DNA from: Diplonema japonicum
Lineage: Eukaryota > Protista > Euglenozoa: Diplonemea
Direction: 5' to 3'
DNA: 64,000 bases
Assembly: GCA_964019335.1 (NCBI GenBank)
Contig: OZ025747.1
Coordinates: 186,001-250,000 of the forward strand
Made by a program: the position numbers and the translations under genes
The notes under the pieces: model-generated
Database searches by the model: none
Seen by the model: only the letters and a program-made list of their open reading frames with translations
What the model was told of the DNA's origin: nothing
Shown: piece after piece, positions 44,801 through 56,794 of the stretch
Layout: every line of letters begins with the position of its first letter
Numbering within the stretch: the stretch's first letter is position 1

Positions 44801-47800
44801 CACCGGGGCGTGGACGAAGACTTCGTTCGACTCGCCTGACCCGCAGATGCAGCAGGCATACCGGCACGGGCTGATGCACCCTGACACCACGGACTCGCAA
44901 ATGCCGCATATCTTCCGCAGCAGAGCAGAGGTGCAAATGGTGTGGGAGGACGCTTCCCTCGCCACGATGCGCTTGTTATCCATCATACGCATGATGAGCA
45001 GCATGGTGTCGCATCAGCCGCAGCTTTTCATGCAGTCCTTCATGGGCCAGGGGCAGATGTCTGACCCGTTGGGTGACCTTATCCGCAACTTTGTCTACGA
45101 TGACAACACCCCCTCCAGCGAGTGCCGCCCTACCGTCCGCGAGGCTGTCGTTGAGCTGTTCGTCTCCGCCCTTGAATCCCAAGAGCCCTGCAGAAGCGTT
45201 ATCCTCGCTAGGACCGTCCCGACACTCAGCATCAAAATCACCGCTGATGCCCCTGGGCTTGGCGACCGCCTTGCCGGTGAAGATAAACGAGGCTGTCCGT
45301 GGCACAGCATGCCTTTCGTCAAACAGGAAGATTTCAAAAACCTAAAAGCCCTTTTAGAAAAGGCTGTGAACGGCACGGTCACGTGTGTGCAGTTTGACAG
45401 AAGCAGGTCGTGGACTCAGTGCGGGTTCAGCAGACGAAACAAAGACGTAGTGGATGCACCCATGGCGCTCACAGTGGGCCCTCTGAAATCGCAGCCGTCC
45501 GTGGGGCTCAGGAATGAGATCCTCCAAGAGGCCGCAGCGATTGCAAAGAAATCATTCGAAGCGGTGGGGATCGAAAACGTATCCGTCTTTGCATCATGGG
45601 CGCTTGAGAAGCCGGTGCACGACCCAGAGGTGTGGTCGGTGTTGGCAGAGGCGCTTGCGGCATGTAGGTACTCCATTGGGGAATGGATGGCAGACGACCA
45701 GGAGTTGGGGAAGACAGAACGTGCTGGGGGCATGTCATGGTGGATCTTCACGGCGGGGCACATTCTGCGTGCCATGAGCGTTGTGTCAAGCCTTTACCTG
45801 CTGTACCCCCCGCACAGGTACACAGAGGAGGTCATGCTGACCAACCCGGAGGATTACCAGACTGCCGAGCTTGTCAGCGCCGTGCGACGATGCATCGACA
45901 GAGTGCTAGGGAAGTGGGGCGACCAAGGCACATCAGAGACCGCCGGTGTTTTGGGCATGATGATCCCGCTAAAGAACGAGAACCTTACTATTGACGGTCT
46001 GCTGGGTCAGGCAGCGGGGCTCTTCTATGGCTCTGTGGCGGTCCCCACGGTGCACCATCCAAGGACAGTGCTTACCCCTAGAAAGAGATCCGCCACCAAC
46101 AAACCGGCGCCTTCCCCGAGGAAGACCACCATCGGTGATGGGTCCCCGAAGATGGTCTCCCCGTTGATCCGGCCCGCCTTTGCCGACACGCCCGGCAGCA
46201 ACGAGCAGCAGCTCCTGATGTCGATCGACAACACATCTCTGTTCCCCAGCACGCCCTTTGACACGTCAGGGATCCCCAGCGAGCATGACCTGCCCGTCGA
46301 GGGCTCTCCTGAACGGGTATGTCCTTTTCTTTTTAACATCAAAATCATCCCCAATAGGTAACCCTCTATGAGATGCTTCATAAGGCGGAGTCAGCGGTGC
46401 ACAATGCACTCCGCGATGCAGGGGTCACTGAAGAGCTGGTGCCAGCTGGGGTATGAGGCCTTTTGTTTTGTTTTTTTGCTTCTTCAACACACCGACAGGT
46501 GCCCAATGCAAAGCAGATTGCCCTAGCCATGTTCCGTGGGAAGACAGGGTGCAGCAGGGCTGTCATCGATGGCGTGGCTCCGTTTGCGACACAAAAGATG
46601 CCTGGGGTATGTGATCTACCGACAACAACTGGCACCACGAAAAAAAAAAAAAAAAAAAAAACAGGCCTTCATCGACATGGAGACCATCAAGGCCGCCTAC
46701 CCCCGGTACGTGGTCCTCGCACGTGTCTGTCAGGAGCTGAACGATGTGGTGGGCTTGGCTGCGGCTGCCTTCCACATGCTGACGTCGACATCACAGCTTA
46801 TCAGCGTGCTGATCAAGAGCAGCTACTGCTGCCCGGCTTCTCAAAAGAAGCTTAAACTGCTGCCGACAATTGCCTTGTTGGAACCAGCTGACTGGAGGCA
46901 AGGCGTTCACACCCGTACTTCTCTTGTTTACATCATTCTAAAGAGATGTTTGCTACACCCGCCACACGATTCTGCCGGTCAGGACCAGGAGCCTGACCCG
47001 TCGCCTCTCGTTTCTCTTCTCGACACGCATATCCGTTCGGAATCCTGCAAAGTACTGACGGAAATGTTGGCGGAGGTATCGAACCGTGCCACGCTAGTGA
47101 GGGAGGGGAAGCTTGACGCCTCTGAGAAGCCGTTCGCGTCGCCGCAAGACCTCCACACCGTCCATCGCCACATCATATGGAACGTGTACAGTGTGTTGCA
47201 GTCCATGCATGCTACAAAGCAAGAGAACACAATCAGCACGAGTGCACGGAACTCCCGCATGGGCAACTCCCGCGTTGGGGAGGCAGACCTTATCCTCTCC
47301 CTCTGCTTGCTGGGGTCTGGCAGTGATGGCACCAAGTCCTTCAAGTCCGACCCCGACGGAGACACAGCAGCTATTGCATCGGCCCTTTTCCCACACCTCC
47401 ACCAATACCTTTGTATGGACAACCTTGCGTCTGCTGACCAAGCCGACATCGACTGCTACAAGGCGGCCTTCGTTGCCTTGTGCACCTTTGGTGTTCCCAG
47501 CGGCGAGGAGCGCCACGCTGTCCAGGTTGCCAGAACGCTTCTCGACCACCTCCGCAGGCTGCACTGCTCGCTGCAGGACGAACTCAGCAAGCAGAAAATC
47601 ATTCTCGAAGTGGGCACCTCCTCTAACACCTCATCCTTGGCTGTTCAGCACATCGTCGACAGGGCGCTGCTGATCCTCAAGGGGCTCCGCTCCATGGCAG
47701 CTTCCCCAACAGGAATCGAGGTCTTCGCTGCTGCAGAGGTGCTCCCCTTCCTGGCTACACTTCGTTTGTTCATGCCCCCTGCCAGTGACAGCTTGTCGCC

Positions 47801-49307
47801 GTGCACACCGGACAGAGAGAAGCAGAACATCCAACCGTGGCACACGTTGTGGCAGGCGCTGCTTGACACAGTGTCGGCTGCTGCGATCCCGCCGCCTGTT
47901 GACGGGCGGCAGAAGGAGTTCTCGCAGGACTTTGCGATGCAGGTCTATGCGTTTACAGAGAAGTTAGGACCCCGCATTGTGTGGCTGCTGGGGGCTCAGG
48001 GGCTGCGGTGCAGCATATCAGACGAGACAGTAAGGTCCTTGCAGCTGGTGAGCTGCGTGACTCGGAGCAAGCTGGCTAGCGGGACACCTATCTCTGTGAA
48101 GAACCCCGCCGTGTACTGGATACCTGAGCTGCATGTCTCGCTGGTGCACATTAAAAATTGTTTAAGCACCGAAAAGGGTAAGGTGGGGACGAAACCAGAA
48201 GTGGCCCCCCTGCTGCAGGCCAGCATTGGCAGGCCCGTGTCAACAACAGCGGCAGATGTGATGGATTACAAAAAGCAGGCCTTGTACCTGGATGCGGCAT
48301 CGCAGATATTATCGATCCTCCGGCTGCACATTGTGTCTGTGCTGCCTGTTGCAGCACCCGTGGGGTCCCTGGGCAAGGCTTCCCCTCCTGTGAAGAAGCT
48401 TCTGGAGACACTGGAGCTCGCGATTGAAACAAGGGGACGGGATTTCACCGCGAAGATCAATGAGGTGTGCGAAGCCACTGCTACTGCACCGGAGGCCTGT
48501 ATATGGAAGATGTTAAAGGAGAAGGGCCACCCGTTCTCCTGCCAGCAAACCTCGCAGATCAGGAGGCTGAAAGAATCGATTTTGGTGGAGTGCGCGTCAT
48601 ACTGGTGTGTTTTTTCTTTTTTCTTTTTTTTTTTCAATTTCTTTTTTTTTTTTTGCAGGGCACCCTCCGCATCGGCATCATCCAGAGAGCTGTACCTAAT
48701 GGAGAAGAAAGAAGGCAATGTGGTAGAGTCACTAGAGGAGATCGCAATATTCGGGATGGATGATGACTTTACGAAACCTGCTAAAAGTATATTATTCCCC
48801 CTTTCCCCCCCATTTAAAAACAAAACAAACAGCTCTTGCGGAAGTGACAGAGGTCATGGCTGCCACTTTAGCACAGCTACTGACACCCTCGACAGATGGT
48901 GTTGCCAAGAGCAGGAAGAAGGAAATGCAAGTTAGTTCTACTGTTAAAGCTGCTGCTTGTGCGATTGAGCATGCGGCTGTTCTGAGGGGGGTGTACACGT
49001 CATGCTTGGAGCTGCTTGCAGACGATGAAACGCAAATGTTGTGGGCAGGGAATGTGCTGCAGAGAATGTTCGGGGACAGGGCAGGCGTCAGCATGGGCAA
49101 CATCCCTGGGAGCATCCTACTCAAGAGAATCGGTTTGCCCATCACCCAGCTCATGCAGATTGGTAACATTCAAGAAGTTCGCAAGGCCCAGGCTGCTCTG
49201 GCTCTGCATTGCATCGACGAAGCCTGCAGGCAACCAGACCCTACCCCTTGGCTCACTAAGACTTGCCATCTTTTGCAGGCTGCTGTAGCAAATGCTCCAA
49301 AGAGTTT

Positions 49308-49361
<54 letters not shown>

Positions 49362-49472
49362 TTAAATACGAAAAAATCTGCGCAGGGCCCTCTCATCAAT
49401 TCCACCATCCAGCTGCTGCGAAAGCTGACAAAGGAACAGCACAACGTCGATATTTCGTTATTGCAAGATTGA
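41829..49472 (+). CDS. Very large (~2400 aa) alpha-solenoid protein, possibly a Nup188/Nup205-like scaffold nucleoporin; introns 46317-46357, 46451-46498, 46607-46664, 48605-48658, 48787-48832, 49309-49385
   Basis: Six short GT-AG introns join the ORF pieces in frame. The protein is Leu-rich and helical. N-terminal YYYHER...LL recalls Nup188; this product call is weak. Confidence 0.75.
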
Positions 49473-49756
49473 GCTTAGTGTGTTTTCGTTATTCTTTTCT
49501 TTTTTTTTTTTCTTATAGTGTGTTGCCATGGAATTTAAAAAAAAGTTAAATCAAAGAAAAAACCAAAAAAAAAAAAGTTGAGGGGGTATTATTTTTAAGG
49601 TCTGAATTTTTTCTCTTTTTCTTTTTTTTTTGATCAATTTTATTTTCTCTTTCTTTTTTTTTTTTTTTTGTCCCCATGTTCTAGATTTCTTCTAATTTTT
49701 TTTTTTGACGCAAAAAAAAGAAAAAAAAAAAAGGGGAGAAAAAAAAGAAAAAAAAA

Positions 49757-51046
49757 ATGTCCGTGAAAACATTGTTGGTTCTAGCCCTCGCTGGAAGCAC
49801 GTTCGCAGCGTACCCCACGAAGGAAGGCTTGGAGGCGCTGTTCGAGAAGGTCTTGGACGAGGTGGTCCCTAAGTACAACTGTTCGTTCGCGATCGCGTTC
49901 AAAAGCGAGAATTTAACAGCAGAAGCAGCATCGGGCGACAAGACAGGTACGGGCGTCCCGGCCACCCCCGACGACAAGTGGGTATGGGGCTCCGTAACAA
50001 AAATGTCCACCGGCACGTCTATCCTCCAACTGGTACAACAAGGCAAGCTCTCTCTTGACGAACCCGTCCACTCCCACCTCGACCAATGGTTCGCAAGGAC
50101 AAAACCCGCAAACTACTCATCATGCCAAGACCTATGGGGCCCAGAGTCAAGCAAAGTCACCATTCAAAACCTCCTCTCAATGCGCAGTGGTATCCCTGAC
50201 TTCGACACCGCCAAAGGAAGTGGTAAGCATATGACAGATTCCTTCCGTGCTGATGTGTACGCACACCCAACAGAAATGTACACACCTGAGGATTTATTAA
50301 ATGTCCCGTGGGTGCATACAGGTAGCCTTGTGTTCACACCTGGTACGAAGCAAGCTTACAGCTCCACTAATTTTATGTTGCTTGGGATGATTCTCGCGGA
50401 GATTTATGGAGCACAGACATGGACGGAGTTTAATCAGAAAGTTTTGTTCCCGCAGAATATTCTGCCCGAGTTCGTGAACACGTCTTACGCAGACGGTGCA
50501 GGTGGTCCAGCAAAGTACACTTCTGTTCACGGTTTCGACCGTACAAATTACAACAACCAATCCGGGCTTGGTCAAGGAATATCTGTTTACAATGTAGCCG
50601 GTGTTTTCTCAGGATGGACTGCCTCGAACATAGTTGCCCCTGTGAGGGATATCAGCAATTTGGTGTACTCGATTTACGGCCCTCAATACAGGCTGTTGAG
50701 CAAAAAATATGTTGACATGATGATCCCCACTGATCCGTTCTACGGAATGGCCACCTTCAACCTTAGCTTCGACACTGGTCTTTACGCCGCGAAGCATGGG
50801 TATGGATCTGCGTACGGGCATTTGGGTGCCACTTACGGGTACCAGTCGATAGCGGTTTACTTTCCGAAGCTTCAGTTTACCCTTGCTATAGCGTCGGATA
50901 TCGAGACTGACGTGCAGGCGCAGCCGGCGGAAACATACTGTTTGGCCTACAATGGTATTCTTGGAATGATCACGGATACCGATATCAAGTGTCATTTCCA
51001 GGTTGTGGGTTACTATGGTGGGCTTTGCAATTGTACTGCTCAGTAG
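49757..51046 (+). CDS. Secreted beta-lactamase-fold serine hydrolase
   Basis: Signal peptide; SxxK (GSVTK), LLSMRSGI, YSSTNF and GHLG motifs. Confidence 0.93.
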   Translation: MSVKTLLVLALAGSTFAAYPTKEGLEALFEKVLDEVVPKYNCSFAIAFKSENLTAEAASGDKTGTGVPATPDDKWVWGSVTKMSTGTSILQLVQQGKLSLDEPVHSHLDQWFARTKPANYSSCQDLWGPESSKVTIQNLLSMRSGIPDFDTAKGSGKHMTDSFRADVYAHPTEMYTPEDLLNVPWVHTGSLVFTPGTKQAYSSTNFMLLGMILAEIYGAQTWTEFNQKVLFPQNILPEFVNTSYADGAGGPAKYTSVHGFDRTNYNNQSGLGQGISVYNVAGVFSGWTASNIVAPVRDISNLVYSIYGPQYRLLSKKYVDMMIPTDPFYGMATFNLSFDTGLYAAKHGYGSAYGHLGATYGYQSIAVYFPKLQFTLAIASDIETDVQAQPAETYCLAYNGILGMITDTDIKCHFQVVGYYGGLCNCTAQ

Positions 51047-51052
51047 AGGAAG

Positions 51053-51083
<31 letters not shown>

Positions 51084-51633
51084 GGTAACAAAAAAAAAAA
51101 AAGTGTTTTTTTTTTTTCTTCTTCTTTTTGCTGCTCTCGTTAATTTCCCCCCCTACCCCCCAAACCCTATCCTCTTTTTTTTTTTCTTGTTTTTTTTTTT
51201 TGCAAATTTTTTGTATTCGAGAAAAAAAAAATCTTATTGGAATGGGGGAAATTTTTGAAGGGGGGGGGGGGGAGGAGAATGAACCTAAACTGCCATGGGT
51301 TGTGGGGTAATGGAAGCAGAGGGGAAAAAAAAAAGAAGCAAGAAAAAAGAAAGAATGGGAAGAAGAAAAAAAAAACTTTATTTTTCTTCCCTTCTTTTCT
51401 CTCTCTCTCTTTCTTTCTCTGCTGTGCTTTCTTTAACTTCTTTCTTCCTTTTTTTTTTTCTTTTCCCCCCCCAAAAAAGTTTTTTTTTTAAAAAATCGCG
51501 TGTTTTTTTTTTTTTTTTCGTCTCCGTTTTATTTAGAAGGATTTTGTACTATCTACACTGGTCTTTTTTTTTTTTTTTTTTTTTTTTTCCACATAAATTT
51601 TCTTTCAGAAAGAGAAAATAAAAATAAAAAAAA

Positions 51634-52095
51634 ATGCCAGGACCATTTGGAGGCCTTCTGGCGCCAGTGCCCGTGACCAGATCTGATTATGATGATCGGG
51701 GGGATGATGATTACAGTCTTGACGGGATATTGGCACACTCCGCCTCCCCCCGAAGGGAGCCTGTGCCCGCAACAGTACATAAAGCGGGGAGGATTGCGGC
51801 GCTTGAGGAACAGCTTGCTGAGGCAGAGCAAGAGGCAAACTATTTAAGGCACAGGCATCACTCCTTGGCTACAATGACTACCAATTCAGCTTCTCCTCAG
51901 AGACGGGAGCACACACCACCAGTTCTAACTCATGCCGCTTCTCCTCCGGCATCAAGCGGCTTCCGCATTGTTCAGCAATGTGACGTCCCCTTAGAGGTGA
52001 TGGAGCGCGTGAAACAATATCAAAACATGAGAGAACGGTTCAGCATAGCCCCTCAGCACGAAAAAGCTTCTTTTTTGGTACCGGTGGCGCCATGA
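51634..52095 (+). CDS. Hypothetical 153-aa protein with a short coiled coil
   Basis: A-tract before ATG and after stop; RIAALEEQLAEAEQE heptads. Confidence 0.75.
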   Translation: MPGPFGGLLAPVPVTRSDYDDRGDDDYSLDGILAHSASPRREPVPATVHKAGRIAALEEQLAEAEQEANYLRHRHHSLATMTTNSASPQRREHTPPVLTHAASPPASSGFRIVQQCDVPLEVMERVKQYQNMRERFSIAPQHEKASFLVPVAP

Positions 52096-52258
52096 TAAAA
52101 AAAAAAAATAAAAAAAAAAATCTTTTAGATGTTAGATTTAATTTTTTTTTTTCTTTTTTTTTTTCCCATCAGGTTTTTCTAAAAACTCTGGAAGACAGAA
52201 GAAGAAAAAAAAAAAAAAGAGGGGAAACAAAAAAAAACAAAAACAAAAAAAAAAAAAA

Positions 52259-52582
52259 ATGAAAACACCGTTAGACGGTGAGCTCAGCAACGCGGAGCTT
52301 TGTGAATACCTTGCGTTTGTTTCCAGTTACACGCAGACGGCGAGGGACACCAGCCGGGCCTTCGAGGACTTGACCAAAGACTCGAAGGCGGAGAACAAAA
52401 GGCTAGAGGAGTGGATCGACACGGGGAAGCGTAGCAAGGTTGCTTACCTGCTGTCGATGGTGGATGAGAGCAACTACGTGACAACAGACCCGGAAGACAG
52501 ACATATTGTTGATGATCTTCGAAAACAGAAAAGAATGGAGCTGGCCTCGAGGCGGGGGGAGAAGCGCAAGATGGTTAAATAG
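52259..52582 (+). CDS. Hypothetical 107-aa protein
   Basis: A-tract before ATG; coding-like composition. Confidence 0.7.
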   Translation: MKTPLDGELSNAELCEYLAFVSSYTQTARDTSRAFEDLTKDSKAENKRLEEWIDTGKRSKVAYLLSMVDESNYVTTDPEDRHIVDDLRKQKRMELASRRGEKRKMVK

Positions 52583-52662
52583 ATTTTTTTTCTTTTCTTT
52601 TTCTTTTTCTTTTTTTTTTTTCCCCTTTACCCCTGCTATTTTTATCCCGCACAGCACACTTT

Positions 52663-52693
<31 letters not shown>

Positions 52694-52694
<1 letters not shown>

Positions 52695-53157
52695 TGTCCG
52701 GAGACAGCTTTTCCGAGTTGATCAAGACCGAGAAGGAGTATGAAGGGGGGAGGGATTTTTTTAAAAAAAAACTTTTTTTTCCAGGGCGGCAGACATTATT
52801 AAAACCGCGAAAGATGCTCGCAGGCAAATTATGAAAGACAGTGAGGTGTGAATATGAAGAATATGAAGGGGGGGGGGGGGGGGGAGAAGAAACAAATATA
52901 TAGAGATCGCTTGAGAAGGAGATTGAGCAATACAAGGTTGAGGAGCAGAACAGAATCAGGAGCGAGCAGCAAGCTGCGGATGCAAGTATGGAATTTATAT
53001 GAAAGAAAAATTAAACCCCCCCCCCCCAGACGATGGCGATAAAGGCAAGGAAGGTGAGGCCGAAACATCGGACAAAATCAAGGACATTCAGGCCAAGACG
53101 AACGCCAACACCAAAACGATGGTAAAGACCCTCCTGGACATGGTGACCACCGTCTGA
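52694..53157 (+). CDS. V-type ATPase subunit G; introns 52738-52784, 52846-52903, 52986-53029
   Basis: Spliced product MSGDSFSELIKTEKEAADIIKTAKDARRQIMKDSERSLEKEIEQYK...MVKTLLDMVTTV fits the VMA10/ATP6V1G pattern. It is absent from the ORF track. Confidence 0.85.
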
Positions 53158-53240
53158 GTAAGGACACCAAACGTTTTTTTTTTTTTTTTTTTTTTTTCAT
53201 TCCGGCCTTTTTTTTCTTCCCTGTTCTTCTGATTTTTTCC

Positions 53241-53280
<40 letters not shown>

Positions 53281-54145
53281 TTGGCTTGTGGCCTTTTTCT
53301 CTACCCTCAACAAACCTTCGCGTGCAAAAAGAAAAAAAAAAAAAAAAAGGAAACAAAAGTTATTTTTTTTCCAGTGTGTAACCCCCCGCTTTTTTGTTTT
53401 GCTTCACTCAATTGACTTTTATTCCATGAGGGAATTTTTTTTTAAAAAAAAAAGAGAAAGCTTTATTTAAAAAAAAAAAGAGAGAGAAAAAGGAACGGGA
53501 AAGTGTTCCCCCCCCCCCCCCCCCCCTTCTTATTCCCCTCGTTTAGTTTTGTATTTTTGCTTTCCCCGTTGTCCGAGAGCCCATGGAGGGGGGTGTTTTT
53601 TTTTTTTTCCTTCCCCCCTCCCATTCCTTTTCTCCCTTTTTTATTTATTTATGTATTACTGTAAAGAGAAACTGACGGGACAGGACAAACATCCGCGCTC
53701 GCCAGTGCTCTGCCCCGCCTTTTCAGTCAGGAGTCTGTATACGCTTGTGCTGTCCTCTGTGATGCGCATCTAGGAAATATGGCTCACCGCCCCCAGCAGG
53801 CAATACAAAAAAAACAAAATGAGGCCAAATACAGATTCATCTCTCGGGGCAGTCCCCGATTTTTTTTTTCCGGGAAAAAAAAATTTAAGAGATTTACAGT
53901 ATTCTTTTTCTTTCCCCCCACCAAACTCCTTTTTTATTTTTTGCATTTTGTTCGCACACCCTCCCTACACAAACACACACCACAGGAGGGAGAATTGTTT
54001 TATTTAAATCATGAACTCTATTGGGTAAAAGTCAAAGAAGTTTTGATACAGCAAAAAAAAAAAAAAAAAAAAGTTAAAAAAGAAACTCCAATTTCTTTTT
54101 GTTTTCCAACAAAAAAAAAAGAAGAAAAAAAAGAGCACTCGCCGC

Positions 54146-54458
54146 ATGAAGCAGCCTTTGCAGGAGGGAAAGTCGAGGTCCACAAGGTTGAAGCAGATAG
54201 CGAATAAGGACTACTTCGAGAATTTCGATGAAGAGGAAGGAGAAGAACAGGTTTGTTATGCTACGACTATGGACACAAACACAGTTCGACCACAAGAGCG
54301 GCACCAGCCACGAGGACGAGGCGGACAGGATGGGCAGCGACAACGAATCCGGTCTGATCCTTAAAGGCAAACGCGTCCAGCAAGGCACGAACCCACCCCA
54401 TGAACCCAACAGTGAAACAAATTGGCCCCATGCATTTAGCTTTGTAAAGGGGAAATAA
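54146..54458 (+). CDS. Small hydrophilic hypothetical protein; intron 54251-54284
   Basis: Two overlapping ORF pieces are joined in frame by a 34-nt GTTTGT..CAG intron. Confidence 0.6.
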
Positions 54459-54534
54459 AAAAAAAAAAAAAATCAAAAAAGTTTTTTTATTTCTGCCCCC
54501 ATCCCACTACACGAAAGGGTTTAAAAAAAAAAAA

Positions 54535-56115
54535 ATGCTCACACTAATCACGGGTCTTGCTCTGTCAGCAGCTGTCAACCTGACGGCGCCCCCGTCGCTG
54601 AGCGGGATGATCGACACATTGGAGAAGTTTGAAAAAGCAGCGGACGCATCAGGAGGGAGCAGGAGCATTGCGAAGGGGTACAACCGCAGCGGTGACGTGG
54701 TGATCAGCAAGCTGCAGACGGTGGAAAGCGTTTTTAACATCGAGAAGCAGTACTTCTCGGTCCCTGTCTGGACGGAGAAGGCTGCCCCGGTGCTCGAGTT
54801 CCCCAACGCCGATCCCCCCATCTCGCTCACCCGCTGCTTCGTGACAACCGGTTGGCAGCACTACGAGTCGGGATGCGACTACTCCAACGTAAGGTACGGC
54901 GGGAACACTGCCTCCCCCGTCGACAATACGGCACATGTCACATTTGTCTCCGATGCCTGCAATCCCGACGGTTTCCTTGACTTCCCTGCTGGCAACATGG
55001 CGCTCCTTATTATCTCATCTGAGTGCAACTACTGGGTCCAAACTTCTAACGCGCAGAAAGCAGGTGCCGTGGGTGTCCTCCTCTCCGGGAGGGACGGCTC
55101 TGGGTCCATCCCCGCCGGGCGTGTCTTCGACTCCGCGACGTGGAAGGAGGACACCCCTATCCCCACCATCTTCACCATTGGGATCACAGCTGCCCTGCGC
55201 GGCATGATCCTTCAGAACAAGAACCTCCTGACTGCCAGGGTGCGCGTGCACAACGTGGTCACCATCGAGTACACCTACAACATCATCGCCACCACACGTC
55301 TTGGCGACCTCAACAACATTGTTATGGTGGGTTCGCACCTTGACTCCGTCCCCGAGGGCCCTGGGATCAACGACAACGGGAGTGGGTCATCGATGACGCT
55401 GCAGGTTGCTCTCGAGATCGCAACGCTCCTTCAGAAAGGCGCCGCCAAGGTGCAGAACGCACTCAGGTTCGCATGGTGGGGCGCAGAGGAGATCGGGCTG
55501 ATGGGGTCGAGGTACTATGTGGACAACCTGGTGGAGCACTACCCTGATGAGCTGGCCAAGCTGACTTGCTACCTGAACTTCGACATGGAGGCAGGGCCTA
55601 ACTTCATCAGGTATGTGTACGATGCGAACACCGCCCCTGAGCCAGCCAGGACAGGGTCCATCCCGCTTATGAACATGTTCACTGATGCTTGGGTTTCGCA
55701 AGGGTTGAGCCATGGCAAGACATCGATGGCTGGTGGTTCGGACTTCCTTCCGTTTATCCTTGCTGGTGTTCCTTCGTCGGGGCTGGCAACAGGTGCCTCT
55801 GGGCTCAAGACGGAGTCCAGCAGGGCTGAGCACGGGGGGATCGCAAACACCCCTCTTGACCCCTGCTACCATGCTCCTTGCGACACTGTTGCCAACGTCG
55901 ACCAGACCTGTCTCACTCAGTGCGGTAACACCCTCAACCTTGTCCTCTCAAGGCTGGTCTCCAGCCCCTCCCTCAAGAGCCCTTACCACGGGGTGAAGAT
56001 TGACCACGAGGCCCTGAAGGAAAAATACTTCAACAATGTTAACCAGTGGTCGGCTGGCTATGCCATGTCTTGCGATGCTGGAAGCGAGGATGCTGAAAGC
56101 GAAGGCGAGCTGTGA
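54535..56115 (+). CDS. Secreted M28 aminopeptidase with PA domain (aminopeptidase Y-like)
   Basis: Signal peptide; motifs GSHLDSV, GPGINDNGSG, WWGAEEIGL.GS, YLNFDM and DPCYH. Confidence 0.96.
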   Translation: MLTLITGLALSAAVNLTAPPSLSGMIDTLEKFEKAADASGGSRSIAKGYNRSGDVVISKLQTVESVFNIEKQYFSVPVWTEKAAPVLEFPNADPPISLTRCFVTTGWQHYESGCDYSNVRYGGNTASPVDNTAHVTFVSDACNPDGFLDFPAGNMALLIISSECNYWVQTSNAQKAGAVGVLLSGRDGSGSIPAGRVFDSATWKEDTPIPTIFTIGITAALRGMILQNKNLLTARVRVHNVVTIEYTYNIIATTRLGDLNNIVMVGSHLDSVPEGPGINDNGSGSSMTLQVALEIATLLQKGAAKVQNALRFAWWGAEEIGLMGSRYYVDNLVEHYPDELAKLTCYLNFDMEAGPNFIRYVYDANTAPEPARTGSIPLMNMFTDAWVSQGLSHGKTSMAGGSDFLPFILAGVPSSGLATGASGLKTESSRAEHGGIANTPLDPCYHAPCDTVANVDQTCLTQCGNTLNLVLSRLVSSPSLKSPYHGVKIDHEALKEKYFNNVNQWSAGYAMSCDAGSEDAESEGEL

Positions 56116-56794
56116 AAAGTGAAATAAAAAACAAGAAGAAAAAAAAAAAAGAAGAAGGGTGAAACGTGCAAAGAAAGGGGAAAAAAAACGTTTTTTTCGG
56201 TGGTGGGGATAACATGAAAATATAAGAAAAACATCAGATGTGTTGTTCGCTGTTGACCTCCTCGTCGGTCATACCGGTAGCGCCCGAGTGGAAGAACGTA
56301 ACGCAGATGCTCAGGGTGACGAACAGGCAGCAAACTGCACGAGCGCAGAATCTTGGTTACCCGGGACGCCCCGGCTGGGGTTGAGCTGTACACCGCACGC
56401 ATTAAGGACACGACGCGGAACGCAGAAGAAGCTACAACTCGGCCGCGGTGCGCCCCCAGTTCTTGTGCAGGGCGCCGCCAACACCGGCCTCCTTTAATTC
56501 ATATATATATATATATTTTTTTTTTATTACGTGTGACCACAAAATGTTTGAACAGAAGAAAAGGGGAATGAAAAAAAAAAAAAGAAAAAAAAAGAGGAGG
56601 GGAAAAAGCGTGTCGTGGTAAATGATACTTTTGAATTAAAAAAAAATCCCTTTTTTTTTTTCCCTTTTTTTTTCTTCTTTCCTGCCCCCCCACCCCTCGT
56701 TCTCTCGCCGTGTGTTTTCCTCCTTTTTTTTTTTCAAATGTACTTTTTTTTTACTTCCTTACACAGTTGGGGGGCGAGCGAGGAGGGGGATAAG

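Noticed and set aside
46317-49472. Apparent frameshifts or separate ORFs suggesting recoding or a non-standard genetic code
   Set aside because: All are resolved by short canonical GT-AG introns. TAA, TAG and TGA are all used as normal stops in the window.
49757-51046. Antibiotic-resistance beta-lactamase or bacterial contamination
   Set aside because: The gene has host-type A-leader and spacers, and this hydrolase fold is widespread in eukaryotes.
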